From positions 106,020,001-106,084,000 of the forward strand of contig OX597823.1 in NCBI GenBank assembly GCA_951406725.2: a stretch of DNA of 64,000 nt, given 5' to 3'. The notes under the pieces are model-generated. The model saw nothing but the letters and a program-made list of their open reading frames with translations, was not told the DNA's origin and made no database searches. The translations under genes were made by a program, and so were the position numbers. Positions 41,357 to 55,577 of the stretch are shown here, in pieces. The DNA is from Octopus vulgaris. Taxonomy: Eukaryota. Numbering within the stretch: position 1 is the stretch's first letter; each line of letters begins with the position of its first letter.

Positions 41357-41776
41357 ATTTACTCTCTTACTCTTTTAGTTGTCTCAGTCATTTGGCTGTG
41401 GCCGTGCTGGAGCACCGCCTTTAGTCGAGCAAATCGACCCCAGGGCTTATTCTTTGTAAGCCTAGTACTTATTCTAGCGGTCCCTTGGGCCGAACCGCTG
41501 AGTTACGGGGACGTAAGCACACCAGCATCGGTTCTCAAGCGATGTTTGGGGGGCACAAACACAGACACACAAACACATACACACATACATATACTTATAT
41601 ATATAGATATATACGACGGGCTTCTTTCAGTTTCCGTCTACCAAATCCACTCACAAGGCTTTGGTCGGCCCGAGGCTATAGTAGAAGACACTTGCCCAAG
41701 ATGCCACGCAGTGGGACTGAACACAGAACCATGTGGTTGGTAAGCAAGCTACTTACCCTACAGCCACTCCTACGCC
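41357..41776 (-). mobile_element. SINE family A, full length
   Basis: Reverse complement of 37572-38043. Confidence 0.92.
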
Positions 41777-43799
41777 TAATAGAATAAAATAAAATAAAAA
41801 CCAATATATTTTATACTCTTTCTCTCTCTCTTCTTGTTTCTTCCCATCCCAATTTCCAAAAGCAAGAGTGAGAAACTCGGAGTTGACGACAAAAACATCC
41901 TCTGTATTTACAGTTAATTGACCAGATCGTTAGAGCTTCAGTTAAAATACAAGATTCGTCCTCCGCTTTGCATCCAAATTCCACCGAAATTACCTTTACC
42001 TCTCTTTTTTCCAGTATATATAAAATAAGGAACCAATCAAATATGAAGGTTGATTTAATCTACTAAATCATTCACCTAAAAATTCCATGCCTTATGTCTA
42101 TACTTGAACCAAATACTACTATTATTGTTTTTGTTGTTATTGATTACTTTCCTCCATGATGACTACAGAATTCAGCTTAAAAGGGATCTGTTTACATTAT
42201 TTATTCATGCTTTGACGTCAATGTTATTGGGAAACCGAAAAACAATATCGTATTGGCTTCGTTCTTTTGAGGACTACTCCACTGAAGGTCATCACATTGT
42301 TTAAAGTTCCGAGTTGAAGGAAAAAGAAACATTTTTCTATAAAATAAATAAAAATAAACATGGAGCCCCTGAAAGCTGTCATAATTTTTGCGATAGAAGA
42401 AGATGTGAGACAAACATCGGGTAATGCGTAAGGAGGGAGAGTGGGGGAATACGTAAGAGGAAGATCCTATAGCACCCAGCTTCACTGCAGATAAACGATA
42501 TTGCGACTGTAGGAACGAAAAGTTTACTCACGCATTCTTTCGAAAGTATGGATGATGGTGATCTAGGAACCATTCTGGGAGGCAACTCAGACGGTCTGAC
42601 CACTTCCATCTGCAGGACTTTCAGGGTGGACTTTATAAAGCATTTTCAAAATCGTTGTACTAGCACTGCTACAGAGGAAGCTTTTCTGTCAGTAACAAGC
42701 TCTTCAAGCACGGCAGTGGCAATAACCAAACCAGTCCGTGCGTTTCTGACCCGTGGGCATATGTCGAACATCTGCTGCTACACATAGGACGAAGCAGGCT
42801 GTTAACCGAGTTTGCAATGGATGTCCACACGTCACTTTCCTCTAGTTAAACATAAAGTCAGTAAGTTTTCCTCTATCTGATTCATATGGTAAAGGGGTTT
42901 GTGTGGTTGACATGTTAAAAAGGGTTGAGGACAGCTTTCTCTTATTGTCCCAAATCTTCATCAATTTCATCAAGTTCCGTTTAAGAAGAAGGTAAAAGTA
43001 GAAAGGTAGGTGCTATCTTGAGTGTTTTACAAGAGGTGGATGGGAGCATCAAGACAGACGAAGCTCAATGAAATTGCTCGGGCTCTGCGCTCTCATTAGA
43101 CAAGTAAGATGGAAAGAGAATTTTGATGCCATTCATGTAGCATAATAAGATGAGACAATAAAACTTCCTCCGACTTAATCTAGATGAATCTCCATCAATT
43201 GGAAACTTTTTTGGCTATTGACATTTCATTCTTATCTGTATATATTTCGCTCATGTATTGTCAGGTTGCCGTTCGCCTTCCATTATGTGAAACGTGAAAG
43301 TGGACTGAACTGTGAGGGTTTTGGTTTGAATGCTTGAAACAGTTAATTTATCAAAAGACATTTATAGACTAGCTATTGATGGGAAATAGACTTGTGCAAT
43401 TGACATACCTCTCAAATGTTAGGGGTTAAGACCAAGTCGGTAGAGAATCGGGCTATATTGTCGCATGTTATATCATAGGGTATAGTATCCGTGACCTTGG
43501 TACCGAATTCTTATTTGATAAATGCAAGCATCTATAAACATGGGTCAAATGCAGATGCTTTTCATTCTTGTGAGTAGTGCCAGAATTGTATCAGCAATGA
43601 GTCCCACGTTGATTGAAAAGGCGATGAGAAAATCCACCCCGATTTACTTTTACCAGGAATTTCTCTTGTTACTGCACTTAGATGATATTATATGCAAAGA
43701 AAGAACATTCAAGCGATTGGCAAGAATTCGCCTATCAATGTATCCCATCCTCCACTCCACAATTTTGCTTCCTTTTACCTACTAATATTACAGTGGTTC

Positions 43800-44020
43800 A
43801 AGGCGGTTGAGTTAGCGGAGTCGTTATCGCGTCGGACTAAATGCTCAGCAGTATTTCTTTCGTCACTTTACGTTCTGAGTTCAAATACTGCCGAGATCAA
43901 CTTTACTTTTCACCATTTTAGGGTCGCTAAAATAAGTACCAGTTGAGCACCAGCGTCAATGTAATCGACTAGATTTCTCCCCACAAAAAAAATCAGGCCT
44001 TGTGCTTATAGCAGAAACGA
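43800..44020 (+). mobile_element. SINE family B
   Basis: aggcggttgagttagcggagtcgtta...cgttctgagttcaaat...ggggtcgctaaaataagtaccagt. Confidence 0.8.
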
Positions 44021-45209
44021 CTATTACAGTTGTTCAACCAGACTGACTAACCTCTACGTTCAGTACGTATTGCCCAGAACGTTGGTCTTCTGAAATTCGT
44101 CGCTAGCCATGTTTTAATGTCTAGCCATCGACTTCCATCTGTTACAGACAAAAGATAACTGTGTCGATCTGACTTACTTCAGAGGGCCTGCAAAGGTCAC
44201 AAGCAAGACCACAAGAAAAGCAAAACAAATAACCAAATAGAATCAGAGGGGAACATACTTCCCGACGGAGATTCTTTTTTTAGATCTTTATATAAAGTGT
44301 GCATAAATGAATCCATATATGCATATACATACGCATTTGTTATATATATGCATATGTATGTATACAATTAGAGTGTATGTATATACGTCTATAGGGATAG
44401 GTGTAAGCAAACTGCTTACAACATAGCCACGTCTGTGCCTTTAAAGTAAAAAGAAAAGAACTGTCAACTGAGGAGTGAAACTGCGTTGCAATGATCATTT
44501 GCTGGAGAAGGCCTGCTTGCCTCATGCTCTAAGATGATTGTAAGATGATAAACATTGGATTATGGAGAATGTACTGAGATAAATGGCCTGAAGCTGGGTC
44601 AAATGGTCAATGACTGGAGCAGATGATAGACTGTTCAGAATGATGCTGTGCATGTGAGTGTGAGTGTATGTGTGTGTGTGTATGTGTATGTGTGTGTTTA
44701 GGTCAGTGTCAGGAGAGGAACGTGGAGAGAAGGGAGAAGATAGACGAATAGGGTAGCATAATAATGTTTGAGAGAAAGAGGAAGTAAAAGAAGGAGAGAT
44801 GGAAAGAGAGAGAGAGAGAGACAAAAACCGTGAGAGTTAAGCTACAGCAAAAGTGGGGGGGAGAGAGACAATTACAGAATATACATAGATACATATGCGC
44901 GTATATATATATATATATGTATATATACACACATATATATATATATGCATGTATGTATATATATATATATATTTATATTTATATTATATATATGCATGTA
45001 TACACACACACTTCTCTCTCTCTCTCTCTCTCCCTATATATGTATATGTGTATATATACACACACACACACATATGTCACAGAGAGAGAGAGAGAGAAGA
45101 GTGAGATACATAGAGAAAGAGAGAAAGGGAGAGAAAGGGCGAGAAAGAGGAGTGGGATCAAAATACAGAAACAGAAATGACGGAATAAATGGAGAGAGAG
45201 ACAATTAAG

Positions 45210-45259
<50 letters not shown>

Positions 45260-45816
45260 AGAGAGAGAAGAGAGAGAGAGTTATAAAGAGAGAAAGGAGA
45301 GAGTGACAGAGAAATGTAAGTGTGACACAGAAGAGAGAGAGAGAGAGAGAGAGTTATAAAGAGAGAAAGGAGAGAGTGACAGAGAAATGTAAGTGTGACA
45401 CAGAAGAGAGAGAGATGAAATAGTTGAGTAAGAGTTAAATAAGAGAGAAAAGATTGGGATTAAACATGAAGAGATAAAAAGAGCTTGGGAGAGAGAAAGA
45501 TAGGGAGAGAGAAAGAGAGAAGGAAAGAGAGAGAAAGTGGTGGTGGTGGTGGTGGGGAGAATGGTACTTATGATTAATCCAAAATTTTCAGTTAAACGCT
45601 ATCAACATAATGGAGAACATAAACCGATTACTTATAACAACTGTTCAATAGAGATTTAGAATAATAGAATAATGGAATGGTTTACAAGAAGTGGGAGACG
45701 TAGAGGGAATCAAATGAAATCCGGTCTCTATAAAAATTGATTATTTAATAGATAGATATTGAATTGGTTAGAGAGAGAGAGACAGTGTAAACGAGAGAGA
45801 GAGAAAGAGTGAGAGA

Positions 45817-45854
<38 letters not shown>

Positions 45855-46087
45855 AAATGAGAGAGAGAGAGCGTGGGGAAAGTGAGATTAGGTTCTGATG
45901 ATGGTTTCATTTGTCTAACTGAGATCTATTTCAAACTTTGATTGGTTTAGATTAATGATTAATGATTTACATTTTAAGGGAAAAAAATACAATAAAAATG
46001 ATTATACATGTGTGTGCGTGCGTGTGCGTGCGTGTGCGTGTGCGTGCGTGTGCGTGTGCGTGCGTGTGCGTGTGTTTGTGGTTGTAG

Positions 46088-46126
<39 letters not shown>

Positions 46127-46602
46127 AACTGATACTTACATAGACATGTTTCTATGCGAATGCGTGCGCGCGCGTTATTTCATACTTTTCAAGTAGGATT
46201 TGTTTTCATGTAATGTAATAAAGACGTATACAACGGAGCTGTTTCGCTTTCTCTCACTTTCAGACACGCATGCACATGCGCTTTTATACACACATACACA
46301 TACAACACACACACACACACATACACACACACACGCACACAAACACACACGTACATATATACACACACTTCATGAAGCAATAATATGTCGCACCGGAATT
46401 TAAATTTGGGTGCATGGCTATTTATAGCCGAAACAGTTGTAAGCCAGTGAAAGTGTTTTGGTCAACATGTTCCTTTGTCATTCATTTATTAATGAATGCA
46501 GAGCTCTGTACTTACCTTGTAGTTTCTGTAAGAGTCTGGAAATCACACTAAGGGGAATCACATTTTCATGGCACCGGAGCTGTGCGCAAGCAAATACTAT
46601 AA

Positions 46603-46645
<43 letters not shown>

Positions 46646-46681
46646 ATGTATGTATGTGTATGTATGTATATACATATGTAT

Positions 46682-46716
<35 letters not shown>

Positions 46717-47261
46717 CATTTAGAAAAGTATATCTATATGTCTTCATACAGGTACACATATATGCATCTATGCATGTGGCATGTCTGTAAGCAGCATATA
46801 CACGTATATATGTTATTGATAAATTCGTACCCAAGCTAAATAAGCAATAATAATAATACTTAGATAGCAGGAAAATTATCTTATTTAGGGTTAAAAGTTC
46901 TATTGCCACCACCATCACCACTAGCAACAATAATTAAGGTGCCGATAATGATGATGATGACAATTGAAATATAAAAATATAAAAAATCTCTGACAAAGGC
47001 TATTTACAACATTTCTAAAAATAGCCCAACAATTGCTGCCTCGGCCAGGGTTAAGATACAGGACTCTTGACAAGTTCAACAAAGCGTGACGCCTAAGCCA
47101 ACCAATCAGCTTAAGTAATTGAGTGATACTACACACTGTTTGGTCAGAGTACAGTTTGCAAAACCTAGCAATCTGGAGCCTACACAGCTGTATTTAAGGC
47201 ACAGATTCAATCATCTCGCTACAGTCAAAAATTGTGAAGCATGACTGTCACCACTACTACA

Positions 47262-47306
47262 TGAACCTGAAGATTGCAGAATTTAATGCATGAAAGTACT
47301 AGTTCA
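47262..47306 (+). ncRNA. Minimal type I hammerhead ribozyme motif in an orphan pLTR-like unit (about 46960-47430)
   Basis: TGAAC-CTGAAGA-T-TGCA-gaatttaa-TGCA-T-GAAA-GTAC-TA-GTTCA: perfect 5-bp stem I, canonical core, palindromic AGTACT stem III, CUA triplet. Confidence 0.75.
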
Positions 47307-47468
47307 ATCAGAATGAACATTTAAGATTCTATTCTATTATTTTATTTTATTATATTATATTATCTTATATTATATCATTATAAGATTGTAAATAAAACGT
47401 GAAAATCAGACAAGGTTGGAATTCCTTTTATTAATATATTCTTCTATACACAATCACACACACCCGTA

Positions 47469-47543
<75 letters not shown>

Positions 47544-47547
47544 TCTA

Positions 47548-47601
<54 letters not shown>

Positions 47602-47602
47602 C

Positions 47603-47633
<31 letters not shown>

Positions 47634-47718
47634 TATATGTACATATATGTATATAATATACATATGTATACATACATATATATAATATCTATCTATCTAT
47701 ATATATATATACACCACG

Positions 47719-47798
<80 letters not shown>

Positions 47799-48223
47799 CA
47801 CATTCAGGGGTAAAGGTGGAGAGAAAAACTTTTAATTTATAAATTTATAGTTTTTTACCATTCTCTGAAAGTAGTAATTATTACTAAGTAATATTTGCAG
47901 TAATATTTCTCACTGAGGTAAGAATTATTTAAAATTAAATAATTTTTATAAATACCTTGTAATAATTCTCTTCCAAATTTTAATTGAAACTGACATAATG
48001 ACCATTAAAGATTCCAACCACCTTCGTTGCCGTTTCGATGCACCTTGTGGATAACGCTTCAATGAGATTCATTAGCATTTCCCTAGAAACATAGCTAATA
48101 GAACTACAAACCAATTCGATATAGTGCTAGAACAAGATAAATTTAGAGAGCAAATTAATTGAGGAACGAAATAGGGAAATTTGGCGTCATATTAGCAAAG
48201 TTTCTTTTAAATTGCGTGTGTGC

Positions 48224-48256
<33 letters not shown>

Positions 48257-48319
48257 TGCTCGTCAGTATGTGCGACTGTTCGTATGCGTAAGTATGTGTG
48301 TTTGTATGTGTATACACCA

Positions 48320-48790
48320 CTCAGATAGAGTTAACGTCTCAAGTTCCATTAAACAAGTGTTTATATGAGAACTGACTAAACCTCGGAAAGAACACAAGAA
48401 GGAGGCTCATGAAAGAAAGCTTTGCCAGATATCAGGAGCTGCTAGAGGAGTTGCAGCGACCAAAGACATGGGGGAAGCTAGGCAGGCATTAGATATAGAC
48501 TGGAATTACTCGCGCACTATAGAAGAGGGCCATCGATTCCATCACCGATGTTTCAGAGAAGATCACTAGGTGGCTTTGGCTAAAGCGGAAGAGGCAGGCC
48601 GAATGTTTGGTTCTACAGAATAGCAGAGAAGGTGACTCTATAGATTTGGATAAAGAGACTAAACTGGTGTATAGTTACTAGTATGATATAAACTGAGATT
48701 TTATCAACCTCGGCTTGGTTAACTGTGCGAGTGTGATATGGAAATACCTGAAATTCCCTAAGACTCCAGAAACACCACTGATGAAGCGTC
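48320..48790 (+). mobile_element. Decayed RLE-type LINE 3' end, Hero-like
   Basis: KQVFI*ELTKPRKEHKKEAHERK/RYQELLEE...EKITRWLWLKR resembles KQV..ELTVPWE...EEAHERK..KYQEL...RWLWLKR, followed by a 3'UTR. Confidence 0.6.
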
Positions 48791-49669
48791 ATAGAAAATC
48801 CGTGGGATGAATCTTGGAACTACATATGTATGTATATGAGATAAAACATAACACGTAGACCCACTACACGCTCAAAAATATAGACCCACAACAATCGAAC
48901 TACAAATAGCCAACCAAAATGAAATAGAGAGGGCATAACTCTCAAGTGAGTGTGAAAACAAGCTAAAATAAAGCTTTAGGAAAACAAACAGAGGTGTACA
49001 CCAACATAAACTTGACTAAAAACAAATCAAAACGAACTTGATGGAAGAACGTCAATAACTAGATGAACAGATAAATTTAGAAAGAATAAGCAAATTAAAA
49101 GTGCATCAAGTCATCAGCAATTGACCACAACGAATGAATATGAATTTAGAACCAAAATCGGTAAACATTCTCGCATAAAGATTTCAGTGGCGTGAAACTT
49201 GAGTCACGATATAAACACACACTTTCAATAAACGATATGCTTTACTTTGACTCAATTCATTACATACGTACAGACACGCATAAATACATACTTATATATA
49301 TATATACATTGTGTGTATGTATATAAATTAATGCTGTATAAGATAAATATACTTTATATATTTAATGAAATGTGATTGTTATTGTTCGGCGACCACCGCC
49401 ATCTCCACCATCACCACCACGGCAGCAACAATTACTAATAGATGTGAAATTACAATGCAACCTTGATAAGAATCCTACTACTACTACTACCCTTACATTC
49501 TCTGCTATCACAACTACGATGACTACTAAGCAATCTCTGCCAGTGCCAAAACAGCCTCACCATCGCTATCACAACCACCACCACTACCACCAAAACTAAC
49601 ATCATTATCACCAATAACTCAACCGACAATACACCGCCACCAAGACCACCGACACTATCACAACTACAA

Positions 49670-49915
49670 CTACCATCAATAGCAGCAGCACCAGCACCAC
49701 CACCAACACCACCACCACCACCAACAACGAGACCACCACCATCACCACTAACACCACCAACACCACCACCACCATCACCACCACCACCACCACCACTAAT
49801 AACAACAACAACAATAACAGCAACAACAACATCAGCAACACAGCCGCCGCCGCCACCACCACCACCACCAACAACAACAACAAGAACAACAACAGCAACA
49901 CCGCCGCCGCCGCCA

Positions 49916-49949
<34 letters not shown>

Positions 49950-50013
49950 CAACAACAACCACGAGACCACCACCATCACCACTAACACCACCACCACCAC
50001 CGACGCCTCCACC

Positions 50014-50045
<32 letters not shown>

Positions 50046-50250
50046 CAGCGCCGTCGCCGCCACCTCCACTATTACGATATCTATAACAACCGACATTATC
50101 GCCATCAATCTTCATCAACGTTGCAATAATGCTCACAAATACGACAACATTGATAACGCCCACCACACAGTTCGTTGTTTTTGTTCTGGATATTATTGTT
50201 GTTGTTGTTGTTGTTGTTGTTGTCTTTGCTGCTGCTGCTGCTGCTGCTGC
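49670..50250. repeat. Compound (CAC/CAA/CGC)n array followed by (GTT)n(GCT)n
   Basis: Direct reading; contains an internal duplicated cassette (acgagaccaccaccatcaccactaacacc at about 49727 and 49961). Confidence 0.9.
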
Positions 50251-51009
50251 TACTGCCGCTGATGCTGTTCTTGCCGTTACCGTCGTCTTCGTCGACGTCG
50301 TATTGTTATTGTTGTTGCTGTCAAATGTTGTGCCGATTGTTTCATCATCTTTGTCATTCGTTCATTATTTATTTATCGTATTTAATATCATTTCATTATC
50401 TAATAAGATTCATATCACTAAAATTGCCATACTGTTCTAATATTTCATAGTTGTTACTGTTGATGTTGTTGTTATTGATTATGTTGTTTTTGTTTTTAAT
50501 ACAGTTTCCTGCCTTTCTCTGCCAATGTAATCTATATGTGTGTGCATGTGTGTAGTACATTATATGTAAGTATGTGTGTAAATGTATGCACACACACATG
50601 TATATACATATATGTGCAGTTTATAAATTACACATACACACACATATACATATATTTGTATATTTATGTTATTGTTGGTTTGTTTAAGGGATTTTTTTTT
50701 TGTTGTTAGATATTTTCTTGGAATGGGTTGAAGATGATTCGTGACTAACTTGAAATAATAACTGATCTTAGTGAAATTTTAGCCGGAACTCCGTAGGATT
50801 TCTAATCTGATACTTATTAACTCTTCACAACTGAAATAATATGGCAAAAAATAAAAACAAAAAATTTACAACCATGAAATAATCATAAATAAACCTTAGA
50901 ATTAAATAACTAAAATAAAGAAGACAGCAGTGCCAAAACAAAACAAAGAAAAATATTATTTCTTTCTTATTTTGGATCAAGGCTAGCAATTTTGAGGAAA
51001 AGGACATGC

Positions 51010-51420
51010 TGGTTATACCGACCCCACCGCCTTACTAGAATGGTACTTCATTTTATCGATCTCGAAAGAATGGGGAGCAGAGTTAGTCTCGGTAGTAAAC
51101 CCTGGATGTAAAAACCGCAAAACATTTACTTTAACGCTTTAACGATTCTGTCATTTCGTTCTACTATAGACACAAGAATTGAAATTGAGGGGGCGGGCGC
51201 GGAAAGTCGATTACAGCGACCTTAGTGCCTAAATGGTACTTTGTTTATCAACCCCGCAAGGATGAAAAGCAAAGTCATTTCAACTCAAAACGTAAAAACG
51301 GACGAAATTTGGCCAAGCATTTTGCCCAACGTACTAACGATCTCTATTTAAAGAAAACAAATCCGAAAAAATACCACAAAGCATTTTGTTCGACGTGATT
51401 ACTGTTCTGCAAGCTTGCTT
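51010..51420 (-). mobile_element. Cluster of SINE family B fragments (further copies at about 53845-54050 + and 60780-60915 +)
   Basis: Repeated ggtact...ttt.atc.a..cc...aggatgaaa.gcaaagtc motifs. Confidence 0.65.
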
Positions 51421-51539
51421 CCTATTACAGAAATAAAATAAGGAAAAATAAACATAAATACGAATATAAACTCCATAAAATGTTCATATCACTTGACACT
51501 TAAATTGTCTTGTGTTATGTCATACTTGATCAGCCAGGC

Positions 51540-52020
51540 TTAAGAGCAATGACATTTCAGTTTGGTCTCCTCTCAAAACACTACTGTATATATCAACTCT
51601 CAACCCTAGAAACAATGAGACATACAACACTAATGTACAAAATCTGCCTATGTGCATTAGAGATCTAAAAATGAACGACATTCTGAAAACACATAAATTC
51701 ATCAATTGCAAAAAGCAACACAAATCGCTAAAAATACTTCTAACAAATGTGAAGCTTTATACAACAGTCACGAAACCAACAGTTAAAAAATGTAGACGGC
51801 CAAACTGTGGAACATGCCCCAACTTACTAGAGGACTCTTAATTCCTATTCAAACAAGGAGAGAGGTTCACAATAAAAACCAACTTCACTTGTGCTTCCGA
51901 GAATCTAAATTATGCTATAACTTGCTCAGATTGTGGACTTAACTATATAGAACAGACAAGTATGACACTGAGACGGATAACCACACTACATAAGGAACAG
52001 ATCCGGTTCTGCAATACAGA
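51540..52020 (+). mobile_element. Second Neptune-type PLE remnant (linker + GIY-YIG), AT-rich lineage
   Basis: KQHKSLKILLT...VKKCRRPNCGTCPNL..*FLFKQGERFTIKTNFTCASENLNYAITCSDCGLNYIEQTSMTLRR...HKEQIR. Confidence 0.85.
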
Positions 52021-52331
52021 TTCCTTAAAGATGAACAATTACCTCCCCTGTCCCTAATAATAACGATCACCAACTACCTCCTCTTGGATTTTTCTATTTA
52101 TTGAATCATTCAGTCATAAACTTGTCCACACACAACATAGATTAAAATCTTCTCAAGAAAATACGAAATTACAATAATTTCAATGTCATGCTTAGCGATA
52201 GCAAAACCGGTCGACAAATACATTATAAAATATATTTTAAAAATATATTAAAACTATGTAAAGTGTATGCATTTTCTTTTTAACTCACCACGTGGGGATA
52301 ATTGAAATTCCTCCCTTTTTATTTATATATA

Positions 52332-52367
<36 letters not shown>

Positions 52368-52419
52368 TGTATGTATGTATGTATGTATGTATGTATGCAT
52401 ATACATTTTATTAAAGTTG

Positions 52420-52730
52420 CAAAACTATCACAGAAGCGTCTCCGGTTCACGATCGTAAAGTCAAGAGTTCGATATGCGGCCGCGTGTTGTGTCCTCGAGT
52501 AAGACATTTCATTTTACTTTGCCCAGTCGACTCACCCGGCTAAAACGAGTAGTACCTGTAATTGAAAAGTTCAGCCTTGTCACATTCTGTGTCATGCTGA
52601 ATCAACCTGAAAACTACACCAAGTATACATGTATCTGTGGGTTGCGTAGCCACTTGCACGTTAATTTCACGCGCAAGCTGTTTCGTTCACCCATTAAACT
52701 GGAACGTTCGTCGTCGTAACCGATAAAGTG
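52420..52730 (+). mobile_element. tRNA-derived SINE with CORE-like and Deu-like segments
   Basis: gagttcgat B box, ttgtgtcctcgagtaagacattt, gccacttgcacgttaa. Confidence 0.6.
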
Positions 52731-54569
52731 TTAGTTTTGAGTTCAAATAACGCCACAGTCTACTTTGGTGATAGATTTATGTCATCGCCTTGTTTAACAC
52801 TACAAGATTCGGGAAGTTAGACATTATACAAATGTCAATGTAAGAAGAACTCGCTACTTGACAAGATATCATATCCTGCTTGTTAGTTGAGAGAAGAGAA
52901 TAAAACGGAATAGCATTATTAGAAGAAACAGTGAGGAGAGAGAGAAAAAGAGCGAGGGAGAGAGAAAGAGCGAGAAAGAAAGAAGGAGAGGGAGAGAGAA
53001 AGAGCGAGAAAAAAGAGGGAGAGTTTGAGCTTATAAGGCTTAACGGTCACTACATTGGTATGGTTTCTCAATTATCCTGATGACGTATTTTGATGTTTGT
53101 TTGTTCGAGTGCGTGCGCGTGCTTGTGAATATGTGTGCGTGCGTACGCTTGCGCATGCATGTGCTGAAATGGTTACCCGTGGAGCAGTTGTACCGTTCTA
53201 AATCTGTACAGTGAATGATAAAATATTTATGCTTTTCGAACAACTTTTGAAATCGCTTGATTTTCATAATCCCTTTTTTTTTTCTTTGCAAGTAATTTTA
53301 AGCACAATTTAACGCCTGTAAGTTGGCTGAATCTTATTTTTAATCTTTTAAGATCTTCCAAAAGGAAGGCAATACATGACTGTTCACAGGGTCTACAAAA
53401 TTGCTGGGACGAAAACAAGAAAGTACCTCCAACTAGAAATTCGATCCAATGTGGGATCATGCTAAAAACACCCAAGATATCAGATAGTAGTGTTATACAG
53501 GGTGGTGATAGAAATTTACCACCTAAATTTACCAGCGTGATTTGGACTCAGAATGTATAGAGCTGGAACAACTATCACGTGGCGTACTGTCCAGTATTCT
53601 TACAGTTCCGTCAATCTGCTGTTCCAGATGGGTAAATTTTCTTAGTACGAAAAGTCATGTTGGTTTCAACTGGATTTGAACTCATAGCACAGAGTTGATG
53701 TCCTTGTTGTTTAATACTAGCTCAGATCATATCGAGTAAATCTATGTTGGAAGATGTTTCAGACATGGCCATTTTTCTATTTTTTTAAAGAGTAATGAGA
53801 AATTTCAAGCAGTTTTGGCTGATATTTCTTCATAATTTGCTCTCGGGCGAAATGGTAGGTCATCAGCGTAAATATCTTAGAATAGACGTTTCTTCCTACT
53901 CATCACCTCTAAGTTCAAATTCTATTGAATTTCACTTTTCCTTTTATCCTTTCGGGGTCGATCAAATAAATTACCAATTGACCACTGACAAGATCAATGA
54001 ATTCAGTTAATTCTTCCTTTAAAATTTCTGGCCTCGTGCAAAAATTTGGAACCCTTTTTAGAACATATTTCATTTCATATTCCTCGGCGGTTGACCTAAT
54101 TCGACAAACGGTTTATTTAAAACTTTTGTTAGAATTAGTCCACCATGGCTTTCATTCTAACATTAATTACTCTTAGTGTGTATATGTAATTAATTATTAC
54201 ATATGTACACTTGAAGGATCCCCCCTGACCCCGTTAGCTTAGATTATTAGCACGCAGTTGTTTCATTAACTAAATAGACATGTCAGTGGTTGAATATTCC
54301 ACATAAACGTGCATCCTAATAAGCAAGATAGATCCGATGGACTTTTATGCAGGTTTTGCCTATCACATTATACTGAAAAACTGCAGCCCTCCCAAGGGTA
54401 CGATATATGAATGGCATGCAAAGGGATTGAAAACGGTGTCTCAAGGTTACGAATCAAATTTCTTAGCCTGTCGGCCTTGCCTGCGTTCTGTATTCATACA
54501 TGCATACATACATACATACATACATACATACATACATACATACATACACACACACATACGTACGTATGC

Positions 54570-54612
<43 letters not shown>

Positions 54613-54662
54613 TTTACATCCAAATACGCACTTCCAAACATTCACATGTATATATATATATA

Positions 54663-54893
54663 TATTTCTTTACTACCCACAAGGAGCTAAACATAGAGAG
54701 GACAAACAAGGACAGACAAAGAGATTAAGTCGATTACATCGACCCCAGTGCGAAACTAGTACTTTATTTATCGACCCCGAAAGAATGAAAGGCAAAGTCG
54801 ACCCAGGCGGAATTTAAACTCAGAACGTAACGACAGATGATATGCCGCTAAGCATTTCGCCCGGCGCGCTAACGTTTCTGCCAGCTCACCGCC
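54663..54893 (-). mobile_element. SINE family B, well preserved
   Basis: Minus strand: ggcggtgagctggcagaaacgttagcgcgccgggcgaaatgc...gtcgactttgcctttcattctttcggggtcgataaataaagtac...gtgggtagtaaagaaata. Confidence 0.88.
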
Positions 54894-55395
54894 ATTCACA
54901 GGTATATAAACTTTGAACGGATGTATGCATGTATATGTGTGTTTGTGTGTATTTCGTGTGTTACAGGATGCGTGTATATATGCTTGCGTACGTATTTTTG
55001 TTTACTATGTACAAGTATATATACATTAAATTAATTAATAATGTAATTAATGTATATATGTATAATTATAGTTAAATGCGCTTGGACACACGTGCGCATA
55101 CATACGTATGATTACAGCCAAAGCTACATATATATGTGAATGTCACCCTAATATTGACATTCACACACATACACACACGTAAACACACATACACGTACAC
55201 ACACATATGCGCCCATACAAACATGCGGTTACATTTATCGATAAAACACTGTCTCACTCTCTCTCTTTCACCCGCTCATTCTGCGTTTGTATGTGTACGT
55301 GTGTGTGTGTGTCTCTCTCTCTCTATATAAAATAGATAGATAGGTATACATATATATAAAGAGACATACACATATATATATATAGGTACATATAA

Positions 55396-55440
<45 letters not shown>

Positions 55441-55519
55441 CATATATACATACATATATATATACATATATACATACATAGATTTATATATATGTATATA
55501 CATTCATGTATTCATACGT

Positions 55520-55577
<58 letters not shown>

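Noticed and set aside
42190-43760. Complex non-microsatellite stretch as host exons (also 20540-21150 and 13400-13900)
   Set aside because: No sustained ORF or recognisable domain; more likely very old transposon debris, family not assignable by eye.
45270-45415. Tandem duplication of about 73 bp within a GA tract
   Set aside because: Ordinary local slippage duplication between (GA)n runs.
48740-48790. GAAA...CTGATGA in the Hero-like 3'UTR as a permuted hammerhead
   Set aside because: No convincing stems in this decayed copy.
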